A stretch of DNA of 64,000 bases from Desulfobacterales bacterium (GTDB lineage Bacteria > Desulfobacterota > Desulfobacteria > Desulfobacterales > UBA2174). The translations under genes were made by a program, and so were the position numbers. The stretch is from positions 160,001-224,000 of the forward strand of contig CAXXWC010000021.1 in assembly GCA_963668645.2 (NCBI GenBank), read 5' to 3'. Positions 28,801 through 39,537 of the stretch are shown here, in pieces. Each line of letters begins with the position of its first letter. The first letter of the stretch is position 1. Under the pieces are notes generated by a model, which ran no database searches, was not told where the DNA came from, and worked only from the letters and a program-made list of their open reading frames with translations.

Positions 28801-29955
28801 ATGAATATTTTCCAAAATCCGGGCCACAATCCGGCACCAGCGGCCGATGCCGGCAGCACGCCAGCCCCCAAGCTGCCCATCGTCAGCTTCCGCGGCGTGA
28901 CCAAGTGTTTTGCCGGAGAGGCGGCCGTGGACCGGCTCAGCTTCAACATCTACCCGGGTGAATTTCTGACCCTGCTCGGCCCCTCGGGCTGCGGCAAGAC
29001 CACCACCTTGCGCCTCATCGCCGGATTCGACCGCCCCGACGAGGGTGAGATCCGCATCGCCGGCGAACGGGTCAACGAACTGCCGCCCAACCGGCGGGAC
29101 GTCAACACCGTCTTTCAGAACTACGCCCTTTTCCCCCACATGACGGTGGCGCAAAACGTCGGCTTCGGCCTGAAAATGAAAAAGCTGCCGCCGCCGCAGA
29201 TCGCCGAACGGGTCCGGGCGGCTCTGGCCATGGTGCGGCTCGAAGCCCTGGCCGCACGCCGGATCCAGGCCCTTTCCGGCGGCCAACAGCAGCGCGTGGC
29301 CGTGGCCCGGGCCATCGTCAACGAACCGCTGGTCCTGCTGCTCGACGAACCTTTCAGCGCCCTGGACTACAAGCTGCGCAAACAGATGCAGCTCGAACTC
29401 AAACGCCTGCACCGGCGCCTGGGGATTACCTTTCTGTTCGTCACCCACGATCAAGGCGAAGCCATCTCGCTAAGCGACCGGATCATCGTGATGAACGCCG
29501 GGCGCATCGAACAGATCGGCACCCCCAAGCAGATCTACGAGGAGCCGGACAACATGTTCGTGGCCGAGTTCGTCGGCGAGATCAACACGTTGGACGGTCT
29601 GGTAACCAAGACCGGCGGCGACACCCTCACGGCCCGGGTCGAAGGGGCCGCCTTCGAGATGCGCAACCGGCGCGGGTTCCAGCCCGGCCAGCGCGTCAAG
29701 GTCCTGCTGCGGCCCGAGGATCTGTGGATCGAAAGACCGGTGGATGCCGGATCCAAGCCCTGCCTTGCCGGCCGCGTGGAGGATCAGATCTACAAGGGCA
29801 CCACGGTGGACGTCTTTATCCGCCTGGGCTCGGGCACGGTGGTCTGCGCCACCCAGTTTTTCAACGAGGACGCCGAAGACATCTCCTACGCACGCCAGGA
29901 AGAGGTCTGCGTGTCATGGATCCGCGGCTGGGAGGTGGTACTGCCCGATGACTGA
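28801..29955 (+). CDS. potA: spermidine/putrescine ABC transporter ATPase
   Basis: GPSGCGKTT, LSGGQQQRVA, VFQNYALFPH, TOBE tail; first gene of the potABCD order. Confidence 0.92.
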   Translation: MNIFQNPGHNPAPAADAGSTPAPKLPIVSFRGVTKCFAGEAAVDRLSFNIYPGEFLTLLGPSGCGKTTTLRLIAGFDRPDEGEIRIAGERVNELPPNRRDVNTVFQNYALFPHMTVAQNVGFGLKMKKLPPPQIAERVRAALAMVRLEALAARRIQALSGGQQQRVAVARAIVNEPLVLLLDEPFSALDYKLRKQMQLELKRLHRRLGITFLFVTHDQGEAISLSDRIIVMNAGRIEQIGTPKQIYEEPDNMFVAEFVGEINTLDGLVTKTGGDTLTARVEGAAFEMRNRRGFQPGQRVKVLLRPEDLWIERPVDAGSKPCLAGRVEDQIYKGTTVDVFIRLGSGTVVCATQFFNEDAEDISYARQEEVCVSWIRGWEVVLPDD

Positions 29956-30805
29956 GCGCAGCACTTTCAAAACCGCGGTGGTCGCCGTGGTCGGCTTCTG
30001 GATCGTAGCCTTCGTGCTGCTGCCCAACCTGATGGTCCTGGTGGCCAGCTTTCTCGAACGCGACGACGTCGGTTTCCTGCGCGCAGCGGCCAGCCTGAAC
30101 GCCTACCGCGGCCTCTTTTCGCCGGAAATCGCCGGCATCTTCGCCCGCTCCCTGGGCTATGCGGCCGGCACCACCGGCATCTGCCTTGTCATCGGCTATC
30201 CCTTTGCGTTCCTGCTGGCCCGCAGCACCCATCGTAAACTCCTGCTGGTGCTGATTATCATCCCTTTCTGGACCAGCAGCCTGGTGCGCACCTACGCCCT
30301 GATCGTCGTGCTCAAGGCCAACGGCCTGGTCAATTCCCTGCTGCTGGCCGCCGGGCTCATCGACCAGCCCCTGCTTTTGCTCTACACCAACGGGGCCGTG
30401 TTCATCGGTCTGGTCTACACCCTGCTGCCCTTCATGATCCTGCCCCTGTACGCCGCCATCGAAAAATTCGATCCGCGCCTGGCCGAAGCCGGCTACGATC
30501 TGGGGGCCACCCGGATCCAGGTACTGCGCCATGTCCTGCTGCCGGTGAGCCTGCCCGGGATCATCGCCGGCTCGATCATGGTCTTTTTGCCGGCCCTGGG
30601 CCTCTTTTACGTGCCGGACCTGCTCGGCGGGGCCAAGTCGATGCTGCTGGGCAACTACATCAAGAACCAGTTTCTCACGGCCCGCAACTGGCCGGCCGGA
30701 GCCTCGGCCAGCATGTTGCTCACCGTGATGATGGGATTTTTGCTGTGGGCCTACTTTGCCAGCCTGCGCCGCTACGGCGATCCGACCGGAGGGCTGGCGC
30801 GATGA
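29948..30805 (+). CDS. potB: spermidine/putrescine ABC permease
   Basis: PFWTSSLVRTYA and EAGYDLGA (EAA loop). Confidence 0.92.
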   Translation: MTERSTFKTAVVAVVGFWIVAFVLLPNLMVLVASFLERDDVGFLRAAASLNAYRGLFSPEIAGIFARSLGYAAGTTGICLVIGYPFAFLLARSTHRKLLLVLIIIPFWTSSLVRTYALIVVLKANGLVNSLLLAAGLIDQPLLLLYTNGAVFIGLVYTLLPFMILPLYAAIEKFDPRLAEAGYDLGATRIQVLRHVLLPVSLPGIIAGSIMVFLPALGLFYVPDLLGGAKSMLLGNYIKNQFLTARNWPAGASASMLLTVMMGFLLWAYFASLRRYGDPTGGLAR

Positions 30806-31572
30806 GACGTACGGCGCAAATCGTCTACCTGGCGGTGATTTACGGTTTTTTGTACCTGCCAATCGCCGTGCTGGTGGTCTACTCGTTCAACAACACCCGC
30901 TATTCGAGCAACTGGCAGGGGTTCACCTTCAAGTGGTACGCCGAGCTGGTTCACGACCGGATGCTGCTCGAAAGTCTGGGCAACTCGCTGCTGGTGGCCC
31001 TGCTTTCGAGTCTGGTGGCCACGGCCATCGGCACCGTGGCCGCGGTGGCCTTCCACCGCTACCGCTTTCCGGGCCGCAAGCTGCTCTACGGTCTGCTCTA
31101 CGTGGTGATGATGAGCCCGGACATCGTGATGGGCATCTCGCTGCTGATGGGCTTTATTCTCATCGGCTTGCAGACCGGCTGCGCCACCCTGGTACTGAGC
31201 CACATCACCTTCTGCCTGCCCTTTGTGGTGGTAACCATCTATGCGCGCATCGCCGATTTTGATCCCAACGTCATCGAAGCCGCCAAGGACCTGGGGGCCG
31301 GTGAATACCAGGCCTTTCGCCACGTGATCCTGCCGATGCTGCTGCCCGCGGTGCTTTCCGGGTGGCTGCTCAGCTTCACCCTGAGCCTGGATGATGTCAT
31401 CGTGAGTTTTTTTGTCACCGGCCCGACCTTCGAAATCCTGCCCCTCAAGATATATTCCATGGTCCGGCTGGGGGTCAAACCCGAGGTCAATGCCCTTTCC
31501 ACCGTCCTTTTGGCCGTCACCCTGGTGTCGGTGTTCGTATCCCACTGGCTGGTAAAGGAGAAAAAAACATGA
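30802..31572 (+). CDS. potC: spermidine/putrescine ABC permease
   Basis: FLYLPI, EAAKDLGA, FTLSLDD, LPLKIYSMVR. Confidence 0.92.
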   Translation: MRRTAQIVYLAVIYGFLYLPIAVLVVYSFNNTRYSSNWQGFTFKWYAELVHDRMLLESLGNSLLVALLSSLVATAIGTVAAVAFHRYRFPGRKLLYGLLYVVMMSPDIVMGISLLMGFILIGLQTGCATLVLSHITFCLPFVVVTIYARIADFDPNVIEAAKDLGAGEYQAFRHVILPMLLPAVLSGWLLSFTLSLDDVIVSFFVTGPTFEILPLKIYSMVRLGVKPEVNALSTVLLAVTLVSVFVSHWLVKEKKT

Positions 31573-32600
31573 AACGCGTTCTTATCGTCTTGAGCCTGCT
31601 CTTGCTGCCGGCCTTGGCCACTGCGGCTCCGCCGCAGGTGGTGGTCTTCAACTGGTCCGAGTACATGCCCCAGCAGGTGTTGGCGCTGTTCGAAAAGGAA
31701 ACCGGCATCCAGGTGGTCTATTCCACCTATGAGAGCAACGAGGCGATGTACGCAAAGATCAAGCTGCTGGACGCCAGCGGCTACGACGTGGTCTTTCCAT
31801 CGACTTATTTCGTCAACCGTATGCGCGAGGAAAAGTTGCTTCTGCCGCTGGACAAGAGCCGTCTGCCCAACTTCAAGAACCTCGACCCGACCCTGCTCGA
31901 CAAGCCTTACGATCCGGGCAACGTCTACAGCGTCCCCTACATGTGGGGCACCACGGCCATCGCGGTGGATGCGGCCCGGGTGAACCCGGACACCATCCAC
32001 AGCTGGCGCGACCTGTGGCGGCCGGAATTCGCCGGCCGGGTGATGCTTTCCGAGGACCTGCGCGAGGTCTTCGGCATGGGACTGCGGCTGCTGGGCCATT
32101 CGGGCAACAGCACCGACGCCGGCCAGATCGAGGCGGCCTACGAACAGTTGCGCACCCTGATGCCCAATGTGCGCCTCTTTGCCTCCGACGCCCAGAAGCA
32201 GGCCTTTCTCAACCAGGAAGTGGTCATCGGCATGATCTGGAACGGCGAGGCCTACATGGCGGCCCAGGAAAACCCCGAGATCCGCTACATCTATCCCCAG
32301 GAAGGCCCCATCATCTGGCTCGACAGCATGGTGATCCCCAAGAACGCCGGCAACCCGGATCAGGCCCACGCCTTTATCGATTTTATGCAGCGGCCCGAGA
32401 TCGCCCGCATGATCAGCGAAGAAATCGGCTACGCCTCGCCCAACAAGGCCGCCGTGGCCCTGCTGGACGAGGCGGTACGCCAGGATGCGACCGTCTACCC
32501 ACCGCCGGAAATTATGGCCAAGGGTGAATTTCAACTCGACGTAGGCGAGGCCATCATGGTCTACGAAAAATATTGGGAGAAACTCAAAAGCGGGCAGTAG
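31569..32600 (+). CDS. potD: spermidine/putrescine-binding periplasmic protein
   Basis: Signal peptide, FNWSEY, YESNEAMYAK, PYMWGTT, WEKLK. Confidence 0.92.
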   Translation: MKRVLIVLSLLLLPALATAAPPQVVVFNWSEYMPQQVLALFEKETGIQVVYSTYESNEAMYAKIKLLDASGYDVVFPSTYFVNRMREEKLLLPLDKSRLPNFKNLDPTLLDKPYDPGNVYSVPYMWGTTAIAVDAARVNPDTIHSWRDLWRPEFAGRVMLSEDLREVFGMGLRLLGHSGNSTDAGQIEAAYEQLRTLMPNVRLFASDAQKQAFLNQEVVIGMIWNGEAYMAAQENPEIRYIYPQEGPIIWLDSMVIPKNAGNPDQAHAFIDFMQRPEIARMISEEIGYASPNKAAVALLDEAVRQDATVYPPPEIMAKGEFQLDVGEAIMVYEKYWEKLKSGQ

Positions 32601-32607
32601 ATCCGTC

Positions 32608-35064
32608 TCAGTCGGAACCCGATAAGCCGAGCGAATGGGTGAATCCGAGGCTGTCGCCATCCTGCTCTTCCACCCGCCAGGCTTCCGGTGGGTCGGTCGC
32701 GCCGCCCGGCGCGCCGGGGCCGAAGGGGCACATTACGGTTTGGATGGCATCGAACATCAACGGCAATAGCGCCTTTACCGTGACGCAGGCAGGTTTCTGG
32801 GACAGGGCTTCGAGCATCCGTTCGCTTTCCTCCCAGGCCTGTTTGAGCGGCACCAGGGCGAAACAAAGATTCAAGAAGCGTTCCGTGTCCGGGTTGCGCC
32901 GATCCGTGCAGTCGGCCATCATGCGCCGCAGACCGTCAAGATCGTCGTAAATCAGCATCTTGCGGCGGGCCGGTTCGATATTCGGATCCTGGCCGTCGAT
33001 GATGGCCTCGATTTGCCGGCTCAGGGCCGTCTGGCCTCTTTCGAGATGGACCTTCAATTCATCGCTCAAAGAATCCGGCAGGTCCACCAAAACCGATTCG
33101 AGTCGCACGGCGGTTTTTTCTAGGCGCCGGTCGAATTCGGTTTTGGCCGCCGCCCAGAATTTGCGGCTGAAATTGCGAAAGAGGTTCTCGGCCGCTTCGC
33201 CGCGGCATCCTTTTTGGCGTATGGCCAGAATCATGCGGGGAATCAACCGCCCCGTGCGGGTGAAAAGACGGCGCCCTGCGACGATCTCAAAAACGATGGC
33301 CAGCACGGCGTACCAATCCTGAAAATGCAAGATCCGCCATAAATCCGCGCCCACTGCCTGCAGCAGGGAATTGGGGAAAAAATGCGATGGGGTCGAATAG
33401 GGTGGAGTCCCGCCCATCTGGGGCTGGCTGCAGCGCTGCGGCGCGCCGGCCGGGCAGATCACGGCCGTTTCGACGTCGATAAGGCCGATATCGAACCGAT
33501 CGGGGCTGGAAAGAAAATGGGGGTATTGCTTCGGGTCCCCGGCCACGAAGAGGTTGTCGGGCTTGAGGTCCCGCATGGCCAGGCGCTGGTGGCCGAGCCA
33601 TGCCAGAAGGTCCAGCATATTGGTCACCAGCGCCGACATACGCGGTTTTGCCTGGCGAAAGGTCCGTTTTTGGGCCTCGGTCTCCACAAGGTGCCGGTAT
33701 TCTTTGCCCAATGATTTGTCCCGGCCCAGCGTATCTTGCAGCAGTCGATCGGCTGCCGCGGCCAAAGCGGCTGACCGGGTCTGGTCGGCGGGCAGGGGCA
33801 GACCGGCCAGGCGGGTGAGCATCCACTCCTTTTTCTGGGTCTCGGTGACGGCCGATCCGCTTTTCGGATAAACCGTCTGGCGGCGCAGTTCGTGATCAAA
33901 GGCGGTAAAAAGGGATTGAATCTGAAAACCGAGCGGCCCGTTGACCTCCCCGTATTTTTCTTCGAAACGCTGGGGGAAATCGACCAGCTCGACGTCCTCG
34001 GTGATCACCTCGTCCCAGCGTCCCGTGGCGTCGCCGAGCTGGGCCATGACATCGCTCAGGAACTGATAGCGGGATACATCCATGAAAAAGGCGAAGGCTC
34101 CGGCGATCTTGAGAAACCGCTGTCTCGATGTGTCGGTCTGGAGCCACTGATGATAGAGAGTTTCGAGCAGATCGACTTCGTCTTCCCGGGTGCCGATGGG
34201 ATGTACACGGGTCAAGAGCGCCGCCAGATTGGGAATGATACACGGGCGCTGGCCAAGCTGGCGCACCACCAGCGCTTCCTGCCGCAGGCGCTGGCGGTAA
34301 TCGGAAAAGTCGGATATGCGAACCGGCGGAATCTTGACCACCAGATGGGTGTCGTAGATGACGTAAAAACACTGGCTCTTGCTGCTGGCGCTCTCTCCCA
34401 GGGGGGTGATGGTCATGCGCCGCTCGCGCCATTCGTCACCCTGTAAAACCGCCAGGCGATACTGTCCGCCGCGTTTACCGAAGTTGGGCTGGATCAGCTC
34501 GACGAGCGTGCGTGCCTGCGGGTCCGCCCCGAGTTGGTAGCGGAAAATATCCAAAAAATGATTTTCCACATCCGAAAGTCCCGCCAGGCGCGGCCCCGGG
34601 CTGCTCCCCGGTGCCGGATCCGGCTTGGGACGGAGGGGGGTTCGCGGTCTTTGGGCAGCCTCCAGGCGCCATCGCTTTTGGGCGCGGAACAGGAAACGGA
34701 GTCCCCAAAGCGCCAGGAGCCCTAAAACGACGGTTAAAATGCCGTGGGCATAGGCCAGTTTCTGGCGCAGATCCATTTTCCACTGAAACCAGCCGCCGGT
34801 CAGGTAGGCCAAGCGCATGCGCAGTTGCTCCATATCGCAGGGCATCCCCTTGGTTCTGCCCTTCAACTGGCTGCGATCAAAGACCTGAAAACCATACTCG
34901 GTCTCGCAAAAAACCCGCTCTCCGATCAGCCAATAGCGATCCACCGCCATGATCCGGCCGTCTTCGAGTTGGATCAGCTGCTTATTCAGGGCCTCTTTGG
35001 AGAAATGTCCAAAAATGGCCACCGATGCGAGAACCAGTACGATGATGATGATCGCTTTGCGCAT
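32608..35064 (-). CDS. membrane-anchored atypical Ser/Thr protein kinase-like protein
   Basis: Two N-terminal hydrophobic segments; VVKIP, MRDLKPDNL, LIDVE, GGTPPYSTP, QDWYA. Confidence 0.75.
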   Translation of the reverse strand: MRKAIIIIVLVLASVAIFGHFSKEALNKQLIQLEDGRIMAVDRYWLIGERVFCETEYGFQVFDRSQLKGRTKGMPCDMEQLRMRLAYLTGGWFQWKMDLRQKLAYAHGILTVVLGLLALWGLRFLFRAQKRWRLEAAQRPRTPLRPKPDPAPGSSPGPRLAGLSDVENHFLDIFRYQLGADPQARTLVELIQPNFGKRGGQYRLAVLQGDEWRERRMTITPLGESASSKSQCFYVIYDTHLVVKIPPVRISDFSDYRQRLRQEALVVRQLGQRPCIIPNLAALLTRVHPIGTREDEVDLLETLYHQWLQTDTSRQRFLKIAGAFAFFMDVSRYQFLSDVMAQLGDATGRWDEVITEDVELVDFPQRFEEKYGEVNGPLGFQIQSLFTAFDHELRRQTVYPKSGSAVTETQKKEWMLTRLAGLPLPADQTRSAALAAAADRLLQDTLGRDKSLGKEYRHLVETEAQKRTFRQAKPRMSALVTNMLDLLAWLGHQRLAMRDLKPDNLFVAGDPKQYPHFLSSPDRFDIGLIDVETAVICPAGAPQRCSQPQMGGTPPYSTPSHFFPNSLLQAVGADLWRILHFQDWYAVLAIVFEIVAGRRLFTRTGRLIPRMILAIRQKGCRGEAAENLFRNFSRKFWAAAKTEFDRRLEKTAVRLESVLVDLPDSLSDELKVHLERGQTALSRQIEAIIDGQDPNIEPARRKMLIYDDLDGLRRMMADCTDRRNPDTERFLNLCFALVPLKQAWEESERMLEALSQKPACVTVKALLPLMFDAIQTVMCPFGPGAPGGATDPPEAWRVEEQDGDSLGFTHSLGLSGSD

Positions 35065-35083
35065 GTTTCGAAATTCACGGGAT

Positions 35084-35998
35084 TCAATGGTCGGCAACTT
35101 CCTGCGCCGCCTGCCGCACCGTATCGTAATCGCTGTCCGAAGCGGACAGGACGCGGACAAACCGGGCTGCCGCGAGGATCCGGCGGTGGCCGGCAGATTG
35201 TTCATCCAAACGCAGCAGGGCTTTTTTCACCGCGCCGACGATTCGCGGATCCAACCCACGCCGGGCGGAAAAAACCCAGCCCGGATACCATGGGGTTTGC
35301 GCAAGAACACGGATGGCGCGCCGATCGATCTTGTCGGCCACTACCTTCAGGGTTCCCTGGCGGATCGTGCCGAGATCGTACTTTCCGGCATAAACCGCCA
35401 GCACCACCTTTTCTTGCTGGCCGCCGGGCCCCGGTGCGAACGCGATCTCGGCAAAATCCTGCCGCGTGAGCCCGTGGCGGTGAAACAGTGCCAGGGGAAA
35501 GAGGAATCCGCCCCCCGAAACCGGGTCGACAGCGATCCAGCGCTTGCCCCGGCAATCTTCCAAGGTCTGGATCTGCCGGTTGTCCGAGCGGCAGATGATC
35601 TGCCCCCGGTAGCTTTCACCACCTTCCTTTTCCACGATGCGGGCAAAGGCCGAGGAACCGTATCGGTCCGCCATCTGCACGTAGACGTAAGGATTGGTAA
35701 AAGACAGGTCGATTTCCCCTTGGCCGGCCATCTTCAGGTGGGCGTCGAAGGTGTCCGGGAAAACCTGGCGGATCTTCAGCCCGGTCGTTTCTGCCAGGTA
35801 GGCGATCAGGCGCCGATGCTTCTGGTAGGATACGGCATGCGCGTATTGGGGCAGATAAGCGTAGGTGATGCTTGCGGCATCCATCTGCATCCGCGGCGTT
35901 TCACGTACGCTCAAGTCGACCTTGAAGGCCGGTTCTCCCCCGTCACAGGCGCACAACAGGACAATCGCGATCCCCACCCAAAACGCCCAAGGTTTCAC
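35084..35998 (-). CDS. PhnD/SsuA-like periplasmic binding (lipo)protein
   Basis: Signal peptide with Cys; NPYVYV, YRGQII, DPVSGGGFLFP. Confidence 0.85.
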   Translation of the reverse strand: MKPWAFWVGIAIVLLCACDGGEPAFKVDLSVRETPRMQMDAASITYAYLPQYAHAVSYQKHRRLIAYLAETTGLKIRQVFPDTFDAHLKMAGQGEIDLSFTNPYVYVQMADRYGSSAFARIVEKEGGESYRGQIICRSDNRQIQTLEDCRGKRWIAVDPVSGGGFLFPLALFHRHGLTRQDFAEIAFAPGPGGQQEKVVLAVYAGKYDLGTIRQGTLKVVADKIDRRAIRVLAQTPWYPGWVFSARRGLDPRIVGAVKKALLRLDEQSAGHRRILAAARFVRVLSASDSDYDTVRQAAQEVADH

Positions 35999-36148
35999 GG
36001 CGCCTCCGCATCCATTTAGCCGATTCGCCTTCCCGGCGTTCTATCCTGTTACACGCCCTGGGAGGCGAACGCAAGACGGAAGCGGTTGACCGGACGATAA
36101 AATTGACCTAGGCTGGGGCCGCCGACTTTTAAGAAATGGGGTCCTGCC

Positions 36149-38140
36149 ATGGCTTTCAGTTTCAGAACCCGGGTCTTTGCCAGCATGCTCTCAGTGGTCC
36201 TTTTGGCTGGAGGCCTGATCGCCCTGGCCGTGAACCGCACCGTGACCCACGCCATGGACGAAGAATACAAAAAGCGCGGCCAGGCCCTGGTCATGAGCCT
36301 GGCAGCCCGCTGCCCGGACCCGCTGCTGGCCGTCGACTTTCTGCGGCTCAAGAACATGGCTGACGAGACCGTCGGCAGCAGCGCTGGAATCGCCTACGCC
36401 TTTATCCTCGATACCCACAACGAAGTACTGGTGCACACCTTCGAAGGCGGATTTCCCACCGCCCTGAAAGCCGCCAATTCCGTCGCCAACGATCAACGCT
36501 GTGCGATCCGGCTGCTCGACACCGGTGTGGATCGCATCGATGATTTCGCCGCCCCGGTACTGGCCGACGCTAACCGCATCGGCACGGTCCGCCTTGGATT
36601 GTCACGGGCCCCGGTGGCGCAGACCATACGCCGGGTCCTGTGGGACGCCTTTTCCCAACTTGCACTGGCGCTTTTCGTGGCCGCCATTGTCGGCTTCAGC
36701 CTGTCGAACAGCGTCACACGGCGTATTTCCCATCTGCGCAAGGCCTTGAGCCGCGTCAGGGCCGGGGACCTGAACATCCGTGTCGCACCACCCATCGAAA
36801 AGGCCTGTTGGCAGGCTAAAGACTGCCGGCAGCCCGAATGCCCCATGCACGGCGACCTGCGCCGCCGCTGCTGGGCCGCGCGCGCCTGGGGAGAAGGCGA
36901 CGACAGCCTCGAAGGCGTTTATCCGGCGGCCTGCCAATCCTGCCCTGTCTATCGACGCCAGGCCGGAGATGAAATCCAGCACTTGGCCGAATCCTTCGAT
37001 GTCATGCTCCATTCGCTCCAGGGGTCGGTGTGCCAACTGGCCGAGTCCAGGCAGGTGCTGGAAGCCTCGGAGCGCAAGTATCGCCGCATTTTTGAAAATT
37101 CCATGGACATGATCTTCATCGCCGATCAAAACCGGATTTTGCGCGATGTCAATCCTGCGGGACGGACCCTGCTCGGGCTGCCTCTGGATAAGGGGCTGGC
37201 CGATGAACTGTGCATCGAGAGTTTCTTCGCCGAACCCGGGACTTTCGACGACCTGATGGAACAATTGCAGCGGGAAGGATTTGTCAAAGATTGCGAAACC
37301 GTCTGGCGCACGGCGGACAAGGGGCCGATAGAGGTTCTGTTCAGCTGTTCGTTGCAGCGCGATGCCGACGGGGCACTGAAAGCCTACGAAGGCATCGTTA
37401 AAGACATCAGCCTGCGCAAGGCCATCGAAAAGCAGTTACTCCGGGCCGATCGGCTCGCCTCGCTGGGCCAGCTTTCGGCCGGGGTGGCCCACGAAATCAA
37501 CAACCCCCTGGGGTTGATCCTGGGCTATACCCAGCTGCTGCTTCGCGATGGCACCGGCAGCAACCAGCAGCGTGCGGACCTGGAAACGATCAAGGAAGAA
37601 ACCCTCAAGTGCAAGACCATCGTCCAGGCCCTGCTCAATTTCGCCCGCAAAACCGAAACACGCCGGGCACTGGTCTGCCTGGCCGATCTGATCGAGGAAG
37701 TGGCGGCCATCGTCCGGCACGATTTCGAAATGGCACACGTCAACCTGGAGATCGACACCTCTAATCCGGTGCCGGAAGCGTTCGCGGACGCGGAACAAAT
37801 GCGCCAGGTCATCGTCAATCTGCTGATCAACGCCCGCCAGGCGGTGGAAAGCAACGGCCGGGTACGGGTGGCCACCGTCCATTGGCCGGATCGCGGCGCG
37901 GTGGGATTCGTTGTCGAGGACGACGGCGCCGGCATCGCCGCCGAACACCTCGAACGGATTTTCGATCCGTTTTTCACCACCAAGCCGGTGGGCCAGGGAA
38001 CCGGGCTCGGGCTGTCGGTAAGCTACGGCATCATCCAGGAGCATGGCGGATCTATCCATGTGACCAGCACTGGGGGCCGCCGGACGACCTTTACCGTCGA
38101 ACTACCCGAAATGGTGCCCAACCGGCCCGAAGGAGATTGA
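36149..38140 (+). CDS. sensor histidine kinase (HAMP with Cys-rich insert, PAS, HisKA, HATPase)
   Basis: AGVAHEINNPL, FDPFFTTK, GTGLGL; CW...C...CP...RCW...CxxCPVY insert. Confidence 0.92.
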   Translation: MAFSFRTRVFASMLSVVLLAGGLIALAVNRTVTHAMDEEYKKRGQALVMSLAARCPDPLLAVDFLRLKNMADETVGSSAGIAYAFILDTHNEVLVHTFEGGFPTALKAANSVANDQRCAIRLLDTGVDRIDDFAAPVLADANRIGTVRLGLSRAPVAQTIRRVLWDAFSQLALALFVAAIVGFSLSNSVTRRISHLRKALSRVRAGDLNIRVAPPIEKACWQAKDCRQPECPMHGDLRRRCWAARAWGEGDDSLEGVYPAACQSCPVYRRQAGDEIQHLAESFDVMLHSLQGSVCQLAESRQVLEASERKYRRIFENSMDMIFIADQNRILRDVNPAGRTLLGLPLDKGLADELCIESFFAEPGTFDDLMEQLQREGFVKDCETVWRTADKGPIEVLFSCSLQRDADGALKAYEGIVKDISLRKAIEKQLLRADRLASLGQLSAGVAHEINNPLGLILGYTQLLLRDGTGSNQQRADLETIKEETLKCKTIVQALLNFARKTETRRALVCLADLIEEVAAIVRHDFEMAHVNLEIDTSNPVPEAFADAEQMRQVIVNLLINARQAVESNGRVRVATVHWPDRGAVGFVVEDDGAGIAAEHLERIFDPFFTTKPVGQGTGLGLSVSYGIIQEHGGSIHVTSTGGRRTTFTVELPEMVPNRPEGD

Positions 38141-38145
38141 ACCCA

Positions 38146-39537
38146 ATGGCCACACGCATCCTGATCGTCGATGACGAAGCCAAAATGCTCTCCATGCTCG
38201 AAAGAACCATCCGCGGCGAAATGCAGGAGGTGGAAATCGTCACCGCCAGTGATGGCGCCGCGGCCCTGGAGATGGCCGGGCACCAGCCCTTCGACCTGGC
38301 CCTGATCGACATGCGCATGCCCGGCATGGACGGCCTGGCGCTTCTCGACCGGCTCAAGCAGTGTGATCCCTGGCTCGGCGTGGTCATGATGACCGCCTAT
38401 GGCAGCGTGGACATTGCGGTAAGCGCCATCAAGAAAGGGGCCTACGATTTCATCACCAAGCCGTTCGACGCCGACACCCTCTTGCTGCGGCTGCAAAAGG
38501 CTGTCGAGCACGGCCGGCTGCTGCGTGAAAACCACAACCTGCGCGAGCGGATTTCGGACACCGAGCGGTTTCAGAACCTCATCGGAACCAGCACCCGGAT
38601 GCAAAAGATCTACGAAACGATACAGATGATCGCCCGCACCGATGTGACGGTTCTGATCGGCGGCGAGTCCGGCACCGGCAAGAATCTGGCGGCCCTGGCG
38701 ATCCACGCCATGAGTGCGCGCGGCCGCAAGCCCTTCATCCGGGTCAACTGCCCGGCGATACCCGAACAGATCCTGGAAAGCGAGCTGTTCGGGTATCGCA
38801 AGGGCGCATTCACCCATGCCACCGGAGACAAGGAGGGCATGTTCCAGGCCGCCGACGGCGGCACGATCTATCTTGATGAGATCGGCGACATCTCGCTGCC
38901 GGTGCAGACCAAGCTGCTTCTGGCCATCGAGGACAAGGAGATCAAGCCGCTGGGAGATCCCCGCAGCCGGGTAGTGGACGTGCGCGTGATCGCTTCGACC
39001 AACTGCGACCTCAAGGCAAAGGTGACCGCGCGCCAGTTCCGCGAAGATCTCTACTACCGGCTCAACGTAGTCAACCTGCGCATGCCGGCCCTGCGCGAAC
39101 GGATCGAGGATCTGCCCCTGCTTATCGAGCATTTTCTCGCCGAATGCTGCCGCGCCTACCAGCGGCCGAAAAAAAGCATCAGCCCGGAGTTGATGCAGCG
39201 CTTTTTGGATCATCGCTGGGAGGGAAACGTCCGCGAGCTGGAAAACGTGATCAAGCGCGCCGTGGTCCTTTCCGCCGGGGACACGGTTTATCCCCAGGAC
39301 ATCGGCTGGGGGACTTCGCCGTCCGCCCCGGCCATGAGCGCCGAATCGCCGGACCCGGCACCCTATCATGAGGCTAAAAATTCAACCCTCACGGCCTTCA
39401 ACCGCGATTATGTCTCGCGCGCCCTGCGGGCCAGCGGCGGCAACGTCACCCAGGCGGCCCAGAAAGCCGGCCTTGAGCGCCAGAGCCTGCAACAGATCAT
39501 GAAACGTTGCGGCATCCGTTCGGAAGATTTTCGCTGA
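38146..39537 (+). CDS. sigma54-dependent response regulator (NtrC family)
   Basis: REC domain, GESGTGK, GAFTHA, FREDLYYRL, WEGNVRELEN, Fis-type HTH. Confidence 0.95.
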   Translation: MATRILIVDDEAKMLSMLERTIRGEMQEVEIVTASDGAAALEMAGHQPFDLALIDMRMPGMDGLALLDRLKQCDPWLGVVMMTAYGSVDIAVSAIKKGAYDFITKPFDADTLLLRLQKAVEHGRLLRENHNLRERISDTERFQNLIGTSTRMQKIYETIQMIARTDVTVLIGGESGTGKNLAALAIHAMSARGRKPFIRVNCPAIPEQILESELFGYRKGAFTHATGDKEGMFQAADGGTIYLDEIGDISLPVQTKLLLAIEDKEIKPLGDPRSRVVDVRVIASTNCDLKAKVTARQFREDLYYRLNVVNLRMPALRERIEDLPLLIEHFLAECCRAYQRPKKSISPELMQRFLDHRWEGNVRELENVIKRAVVLSAGDTVYPQDIGWGTSPSAPAMSAESPDPAPYHEAKNSTLTAFNRDYVSRALRASGGNVTQAAQKAGLERQSLQQIMKRCGIRSEDFR

